A DNA stretch of 64,000 nt. It comes from a plasmid. This document shows, piece after piece, positions 58,312 through 64,000 of the stretch; the stretch's first letter is position 1, and every line of letters starts with the position of its first letter. The DNA is taken from sequence record NZ_CP119397.1; one strand, 5' to 3'. Under the pieces are notes generated by a model. It was not told the origin of the DNA and did no database searches. It saw only the letters and a program-made list of their open reading frames with translations. Both the position numbers and the translations under genes were made by a program.

Positions 58312-59892
58312 TCAGCGCATCAGCGTATTGAGCGCCTGTTGCTGATCGTACATCGCCAGATAGGCGCGGTATTTCTGATCGTGGAACGCTTTTTTCGTCA
58401 CATTGGCCGCGATCACCCGGTCAGGGCGTACCATCGCCGCACAGGCGGCGGTGATGCCCGGCCAGTAACCGCCTGCCGCCGCGCCGGTAATCGCCGCGCC
58501 GAGCGTGACCGGGTCATCGTCACTCACCAGCTGGATATCACAGCCGGTGATGTCGGCGTATTCGCGCAGCCACAGCGGGTTACGCGTCGCCCCGCCGCAC
58601 ATCACCAGCCGCGTGACCCGGTGGCCGGAGGCCGCCATTACCTCCATGATGTGCCGGGTGCCGTAGGCGATCGCCTGTAGCGTGGCGAGGTAAAGCCGTG
58701 CCAGTGCCGGTTCGCCGCGTTCCAGCGTCAGGCCGCTGACGCTGCCGCGCGCGTCCGGTTGGGCACGGGGTGAGCGGTTGCCGTGGTGATCCGCCAGCAC
58801 ATGCAGGTGGCGGGTCGGGAACGGCTCGCGCTGTTCCAGTTGTGCCACCCAACGGTTGACCAGTTCCACCGGGTGGCACTGCTGCGCGGCGGCCTGCTCC
58901 GTGAGGTGCACACTGCCGCCCTGCTGGTGCAGCGTCCAGTCCACCAGCGCGCCCGCCGCGCTCTGCCCGCCCTCCGTCAGCCACCAGCCCGGCAGCATCG
59001 CTGACCAGTACGGCCCCCAGACCCCCGGCGTCATCACCTTTTCGCGGTTCGCCAGCATATGGCAGTTGGAGGTGCCGCTGATCAGCGCCAGCGTGGCGTC
59101 CGGTTGGGTACCCAGCAGCGCCAGCCCGCCCGCATGGGCATCGATCATCCCGGCGGCCACCACCACCTGCGGCGACAGCCCCAGCGCGTCGGCTGCCTGC
59201 GGGGTGAGCGTCCCGGCACGTGCGCCGACCTCCAGCACCGTCGCCGGGAGTTTTTCCGGCAGATCGCCAAGGCCCACCGCCGCTAACAGACTCTCGCTGA
59301 AGCGCTGCTCATGCGCCAGGTAATTCCACTTGCAGGTCAGGGTACAGAGGCTGGCGGCGTCCTGGCCGGTGGCTTTCCATACCAGAAAATCCGCCAGGTC
59401 GAAGAAACGGTGCACCTGCCGGTAGCGTTCCGGCAAATGGGTTTTCAGCCACAGCACCTTGGGCAGTTGCATCTCGAGGCTGACTTCACCGCCGACATAC
59501 TGCAACGCCTCATCACCGGTCTGGTTGATGCAGGCGGCCTCTGCCCCGGCGCGGTGATCCATCCACATGATGGTGTCGTGTGCCGCGTTTCCCTCGGGCG
59601 ACACCGCCACGCCGTGGCCCGCCGCATCCACCGCCACCAGCGAACAGGTGGCGTCAAACCCCAGCGAGCGCACCGCCCGGCGGTCAATACCGGCTTTGTC
59701 CAGCGCGGTATTGACCACCGCGCAGACCTGCTGCCAGATCTCTGACGAGGCGTGTTCCACCCGCTCGCCGCCGGGGCGGAACTGGGTAATGGGTTCTACC
59801 GCAAACGCCAGCCGCGTACCTTGCGCGTCATACACGCCGGCCCGTACGCTGGCTGAGCCGACATCCACCCCTAAAAAGTAATCCTGTGCCAT
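58312..59892 (-). CDS. FGGY-family pentulose kinase (ribulokinase-like)
   Basis: Start at MAQDYFLGVDVGSASVRAG (AGGAGGG RBS). FGGY N- and C-domain motifs throughout. Confidence 0.8.
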   Translation of the reverse strand: MAQDYFLGVDVGSASVRAGVYDAQGTRLAFAVEPITQFRPGGERVEHASSEIWQQVCAVVNTALDKAGIDRRAVRSLGFDATCSLVAVDAAGHGVAVSPEGNAAHDTIMWMDHRAGAEAACINQTGDEALQYVGGEVSLEMQLPKVLWLKTHLPERYRQVHRFFDLADFLVWKATGQDAASLCTLTCKWNYLAHEQRFSESLLAAVGLGDLPEKLPATVLEVGARAGTLTPQAADALGLSPQVVVAAGMIDAHAGGLALLGTQPDATLALISGTSNCHMLANREKVMTPGVWGPYWSAMLPGWWLTEGGQSAAGALVDWTLHQQGGSVHLTEQAAAQQCHPVELVNRWVAQLEQREPFPTRHLHVLADHHGNRSPRAQPDARGSVSGLTLERGEPALARLYLATLQAIAYGTRHIMEVMAASGHRVTRLVMCGGATRNPLWLREYADITGCDIQLVSDDDPVTLGAAITGAAAGGYWPGITAACAAMVRPDRVIAANVTKKAFHDQKYRAYLAMYDQQQALNTLMR

Positions 59893-60090
59893 TTTCCCTC
59901 CTGCGGTGATGCGATGAGTCATTGCTGATTCGACGTAGCGTTGGGCAGACCATAATTCACCCGGCATTTTCCCTCAAACAGTTTGGCAGAAGTTTGTGAA
60001 CGGGCGCAGGTCAGCCGCGCTTTTGTGCGCAGGCGTGAAAACCCTCACAGAACGTTCTGAAAGGGGTTGCCGACTTTTTGCTGTTCGCCC

Positions 60091-60110
60091 TAAGCTACGT
60101 CGAGTTAGCA
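60091..60110. promoter_or_regulatory. Second LacI-type operator GCTACGTCGAGTTAGCA in the divergent kinase/fucI promoter region
   Basis: Right half TCGAGTTAGCA identical to the 54281 palindrome. Left half has 2 mismatches. Confidence 0.5.
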
Positions 60111-60165
60111 ATAATCTGCGCCGGAAATGCGGCGCACCGCGTGATTCTTTTTACAGGGGAACGTT

Positions 60166-61944
60166 ATGACTCACAGCAACCCATTACCCCGTATCGGCAT
60201 CCGCCCGGTGATTGACGGGCGGCGCATGGGCATCCGGGAATCGTTAGAGGCGCAGACCATGGCGATGGCCTGCGCCACCGCACGCCTGCTCAGCGGCACC
60301 TTGCGCCATGCGAACGGCGAGCGCGTAGAGTGTGTGATTGCCGAACAGTGCATTGCCGGGCGGGCAGAGGCCGCCGCCTGTGAAGCGGCCTTCAGCACCC
60401 AACATGTTGGCCTGACCATTACGGTGACGCCCTGCTGGTGCTACGGCAGTGAAACCATCGACATGGACCCGCAGCGGCCGAAAGCGATCTGGGGCTTCAA
60501 CGGCACCGAGCGGCCGGGGGCGGTCTATCTGGCGGCAGCGCTGGCGGCGCATAACCAGAAAGGGCTGCCGGCGTTTTCGATTTACAGCCACGAGGTGCAG
60601 GACGCCGGGGACGAGCGCATTCCGCCTGACGTGCAGGAGAAGCTGCTGCGCTTCGCCCGTGCCGGGCTGGTGGTGGCGACATTGCGCGGCAAAAGTTACC
60701 TGTCGCTGGGCGGGGTATCGATGGGGATCGCCGGGTCGATTGTCGACCATGACTTTTTCGAGTCCTGGCTGGGGATGGCGGTGCAGTGCGTGGACATGAC
60801 CGAGCTGCGCCGCCGGATGGACCACGCTATTTATGATGAAGAGGAGCTTGGCCTTGCGCTGGCGTGGGCGGGGCAGCATTTCCGCTTTGGGGAAGACCGC
60901 AACGCCGCGCACCATCAGCGCAGCGCCGCCGGGAAACAGGCGATGCTGCGCGAATCTCTGCTGATGGCGATCTGCATCCGCGACATGATGCAGGGCAACC
61001 CGGTACTGGCGGAGAAAGGCTGGGGCGAGGAGGCGCTGGGGTACAACGCCATTGCCGCCGGTTTTCAGGGCCAACGCCACTGGACCGATCACTACCCGAA
61101 CGGCGACACCGCGGAAGCCTTGCTCAACAGCGCGTTTGACTGGCACGGCATAGGCGAACCCGGTGTGCTGGCAACAGAAAATGACAGCCTGAATGCGGTG
61201 GCGATGCTGTTCGGCAAACACCTCACCGGCACCGCGCAGATTTTTGCCGATGTCCGCACCTACTGGTCACCGGCCTCGGTGCAGCGGGTCACCGGCCATA
61301 CGCTTACCGGCCGCGCCGCGCAGGGCGTGATCCACCTGATTAACTCCGGCTCGGCGGCGCTGGACGGTACCGGCTGCCAGCAGGCAAGCGACGGCCGGCC
61401 GGCCATCAAGCCGCATTGGGACATCACGCCGCAGGAGGCGGACGCCTGCCTGGCGGCCACCACCTGGCACCCGGCGCTGCATGACTATTTCCGTGGCGGC
61501 GGCTTCTCCTCCTGCTTCCTGACCCGCGGCGGTATTCCTTTCACCATGACGCGCATTAACCTGATCAAAGGGCGTGGGCCGGTGCTGCAAATCGCCGAAG
61601 GCTGGAGTGTGGATCTGCCGCCGGAGGTGCATGACACCCTGAACCAGCGCACTGACCCGACCTGGCCGACCACCTGGTTTGTGCCGCGCCTCACCGGCAG
61701 CGGCCCGTTCAGTGAGGTGTATAACGTGATGGCGAACTGGGGGGCCAACCACGCGGTGCTTACCGCCGGGCACGTCGGGGCGGATTTCATTACCCTGGCG
61801 GCGATGCTGCGCATCCCGGTCTGTATGCATAACGTGCCCGATGCGCAGATCTACCGCCCCAGCGCCTGGGCCGCCTTCGGCATGGACCCCGAAGCACAGG
61901 ATGACCGCGCCTGCCAACACTATGGCCCGGTATATAAACGTTGA
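60166..61944 (+). CDS. fucI: L-fucose isomerase / D-arabinose isomerase
   Basis: 592 aa, near-colinear with E. coli FucI ([21 protein letters not shown]..., [16 protein letters not shown]..., catalytic region intact). Confidence 0.9.
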   Translation: MTHSNPLPRIGIRPVIDGRRMGIRESLEAQTMAMACATARLLSGTLRHANGERVECVIAEQCIAGRAEAAACEAAFSTQHVGLTITVTPCWCYGSETIDMDPQRPKAIWGFNGTERPGAVYLAAALAAHNQKGLPAFSIYSHEVQDAGDERIPPDVQEKLLRFARAGLVVATLRGKSYLSLGGVSMGIAGSIVDHDFFESWLGMAVQCVDMTELRRRMDHAIYDEEELGLALAWAGQHFRFGEDRNAAHHQRSAAGKQAMLRESLLMAICIRDMMQGNPVLAEKGWGEEALGYNAIAAGFQGQRHWTDHYPNGDTAEALLNSAFDWHGIGEPGVLATENDSLNAVAMLFGKHLTGTAQIFADVRTYWSPASVQRVTGHTLTGRAAQGVIHLINSGSAALDGTGCQQASDGRPAIKPHWDITPQEADACLAATTWHPALHDYFRGGGFSSCFLTRGGIPFTMTRINLIKGRGPVLQIAEGWSVDLPPEVHDTLNQRTDPTWPTTWFVPRLTGSGPFSEVYNVMANWGANHAVLTAGHVGADFITLAAMLRIPVCMHNVPDAQIYRPSAWAAFGMDPEAQDDRACQHYGPVYKR

Positions 61945-62083
61945 AGGGAACACGGGGGAGGCGGGGGCCTCTCCCGTTTTAAGGCCCTATCTCATGCCTG
62001 CCGGCATTGATCTGTAAAAAAACCTGCTATACCATGTGGGAATATAAATTCTTTTAAAACAGCTGGTTGCGATTGTTTTCCCG

Positions 62084-62524
62084 ATGAAAAAAAATGCTAA
62101 AGAAAAACCGGCATCTGCCGATATCTTCCTGACCACGTCTGTCACGTTGACGGGGTTTGATAAGGCTTACAGTGGTTTTGATAACGGCCGGTTTCACCGG
62201 CTGAGTGTCCAGATAAAGCCTTACTATTTTCCGACGGAAAACTGGATAACACGTTTCCATGAAAAATACCCGCATAGCGGCGTGGCATTTACCCTTTCTC
62301 AGCGTGGTATTGGCTATATCACGTTTCATGACATGACAATCAAGGCGGATGAACTCGATGCCTTTGTGTCTTCCCTGCTTGCTGTGATTGAAGGTATTAA
62401 CGAGGCAACGGGGAATGAACCTATTGTCACGGTGATAAGTGCCGGAGAGTGCGCACAGGCTGAGCACCCAGAGATCAATGCCTGTATGAACAGGATTGAT
62501 TTTTCACTGCAAGGAGCAAGATAA
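62084..62524 (+). CDS. Hypothetical protein (no recognisable family), AT-rich island
   Basis: 146 aa ORF with reasonable codon usage. Sits 3 nt upstream of the next ORF (operon-like). Confidence 0.35.
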   Translation: MKKNAKEKPASADIFLTTSVTLTGFDKAYSGFDNGRFHRLSVQIKPYYFPTENWITRFHEKYPHSGVAFTLSQRGIGYITFHDMTIKADELDAFVSSLLAVIEGINEATGNEPIVTVISAGECAQAEHPEINACMNRIDFSLQGAR

Positions 62525-62526
62525 AG

Positions 62527-63207
62527 ATGTTACAAGATGCCTGTGCCGCCTTTTCTCTCTTTAATACCTCGTCTGATCGGTTAAAGGCGCACTCCGCGCA
62601 CTATTTCCCGCGTTTTAATTACGCAGCCTGTGAGCTTTGGTTGTGCAATGAAATTTGCCATCTGGTTAATGCCGGGGAAAATGGTGTGCAGCAGATGTCA
62701 GACGGGGATGTGTTCCTCTATAATGAAGACGCAAAACGTGATTTAACCTTATATACCGCAGGAAGAACAGCCACCCCAGAAATAAAAAAACATATTGAAG
62801 TGAAAGTGGCTTACCCGGTAGAGAAATCAAAGTTCCTGGATTCCATAAGAAATTTGCGCGAAAAACTTACACCCTCGCTTGATGCTGAGTATCGGCTGGA
62901 AGGGTGGGTTTATCTGGTCTGGACGCAACATTATGCTATTTCACCGGACGCATTTTTTGAAACCCGTCTTCACTGGCTAAAAACGGAACTGGCATCCGGG
63001 GAATACCGTGGCGCATCAGGTATCACCTATCAACCCATGTTTTCTACGGTAAAACAGATTGCCGAGGGGAACTTAACCTGGCGCGGGCAGGATAAACACA
63101 TTGTGGTGAAAGCGGTGGCCTTTTCATTTCATAAAGAGTGGAAAGAAATATTCAAGGAAGTAAAAGAAAAGTATGCGGAGACCTTTGAGATTCTCGCCAC
63201 CCGTTAA
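62527..63207 (+). CDS. Hypothetical protein (no recognisable family), AT-rich island
   Basis: 226 aa ORF, Lys/Glu-rich C-terminus. Convergent with hcp. Confidence 0.4.
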   Translation: MLQDACAAFSLFNTSSDRLKAHSAHYFPRFNYAACELWLCNEICHLVNAGENGVQQMSDGDVFLYNEDAKRDLTLYTAGRTATPEIKKHIEVKVAYPVEKSKFLDSIRNLREKLTPSLDAEYRLEGWVYLVWTQHYAISPDAFFETRLHWLKTELASGEYRGASGITYQPMFSTVKQIAEGNLTWRGQDKHIVVKAVAFSFHKEWKEIFKEVKEKYAETFEILATR

Positions 63208-63309
63208 TGGGGCGCTGGCAAGGTATTATTGCCTGGAAGTATAGCAGCCTGATGTCGCAATACAGAAAGAAAACGGGGAGGCGGAGCGCTGCCCCGTTTT
63301 ATGGCGCCA

Positions 63310-63789
63310 TTAAAAACGAGCCAGGTCGTTCCACTGGTCTGTATGGATAATGTTACCGTCACAATACTTCCAGGTTATTTTCCCATAACGCAGGAGAACG
63401 GTTTCAAGATGGGTTTTCGTGGAGGCGTCGGGATAGAGATCAGGGGTGATAGAGGTAATCTTAACATTTTCCAGCAGGGTGTTAAAATACTCGACTTCCC
63501 TGCCGGCCTCATTGACAGAATATTTTTTTATGACCGCGGATTTAAGGGTGAGATTATTGGTTAATGCTTTATACAGGAACGGTGTCGTCCTGTCCGCTTC
63601 TTTTTGAATCATGATGGGCGAATGGATACGGGTTCCCGTCAGGCGGCCGGTGTTCCCATCGATAGGAATAGTCAGATTGTGCGTAAAAAATTTCAGTTCG
63701 ATAGCGCCTTCTCTTCCAATAACTTCCGAGGCCCCAACAATCGGGGAGCCGTTTTCATCCGTTAACCATAAATAAGAGGGGTTGGACAT
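63310..63789 (-). CDS. hcp: Type VI secretion system tube protein Hcp (TssD)
   Basis: 159 aa, near-colinear with enterobacterial Hcp (MSNPSYLWLTDENGSPIVG...TGRLTGTRIHSPIMIQKE...KITWKYCDGNIIHTDQWN). AAAGGAG RBS. No other T6SS genes in the window. Confidence 0.85.
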   Translation of the reverse strand: MSNPSYLWLTDENGSPIVGASEVIGREGAIELKFFTHNLTIPIDGNTGRLTGTRIHSPIMIQKEADRTTPFLYKALTNNLTLKSAVIKKYSVNEAGREVEYFNTLLENVKITSITPDLYPDASTKTHLETVLLRYGKITWKYCDGNIIHTDQWNDLARF

Positions 63790-64000
63790 TGATAACTCCT
63801 TTTGGTGTGATGTGTAATCCTAGTATTTTTCGAACTTCCCAATGATTTTACAATATAGCCAAAGTACAAAAAAAACAGAGGCGAGCATTAGCCGTCCCCA
63901 GTATTGAGGAAAGAAATGCAACCATAGGGATCCGAAAGCAAACACTAAAAAGGGTATAAACAAGTATTCAATTAATATTATAATAATGCTATTAAACACC

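Noticed and set aside
60244-61953. 325- and 228-aa minus-strand ORFs
   Set aside because: They are antisense to fucI, whose protein is near-colinear with E. coli FucI.
62054-62467. 137-aa minus-strand ORF in the AT-rich island
   Set aside because: It overlaps the better-supported 146-aa plus-strand ORF. It has biased composition and no RBS. Kept only as an unlikely alternative.
1-64000. CRISPR arrays, tRNA/rRNA genes, IS transposases
   Set aside because: No regularly spaced direct repeats with unique spacers, no cloverleaf-compatible tRNA-like segments noticed, and no DDE/HUH transposase ORFs. The only recombinase is the small tyrosine enzyme at 20338.

Overview
This is a high-GC (~58%) Enterobacterales-type replicon segment. 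It opens with a Rep_3-type repA, so it is most likely a large plasmid or chromid, possibly Pantoea/Erwinia-like, though I cannot verify the taxon. It is densely packed with accessory catabolic genes, small-molecule transporters and many one-component regulators (LysR x5, AraC x4, TetR x2, MarR x2, HxlR x2, ArsR, LacI).

I see four zones.

- **1-16 kb, catabolic cluster.** repA, then an amino-acid/opine-like cluster (FAD oxidoreductase, RidA, ornithine-cyclodeaminase-family enzyme, AraC regulator, APC permease, TIGR02466 oxygenase-like, LysE exporter), and a PACE efflux pump with its LysR partner.
- **16-35 kb, repeat-rich mosaic.** At least 12 copies of a ~60 bp inverted-repeat element (TGTCCGCT...AAGCGGACA) sit in intergenic positions, all in the same orientation. 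One 707-bp unit carries a small tyrosine recombinase gene between the two repeat ends. I consider this the most likely undescribed system in the window: a candidate minimal mobile or recombination module with miniature derivatives.
- **35-54 kb, mixed metabolism.** rluF, a UbiD-type decarboxylase C+D pair with a MarR regulator, hydrolases, reductases, an MFS transporter, a GGDEF sensor and a degraded phd-doc toxin-antitoxin pair.
- **54-62 kb, sugar locus, and 62-64 kb, AT-rich island.** The sugar locus is LacI-regulated: GH172 (DUF2961), a GPH-family symporter, an FGGY pentulokinase and an L-fucose/D-arabinose isomerase, with a shared palindromic operator. I read it as a D-arabinofuranoside utilisation pathway. 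The island holds two unknown genes convergent with an orphan hcp.

I found no rRNA, tRNA or CRISPR arrays. Many long ORFs in the track are antisense shadows of real genes in GC-rich DNA and were rejected.
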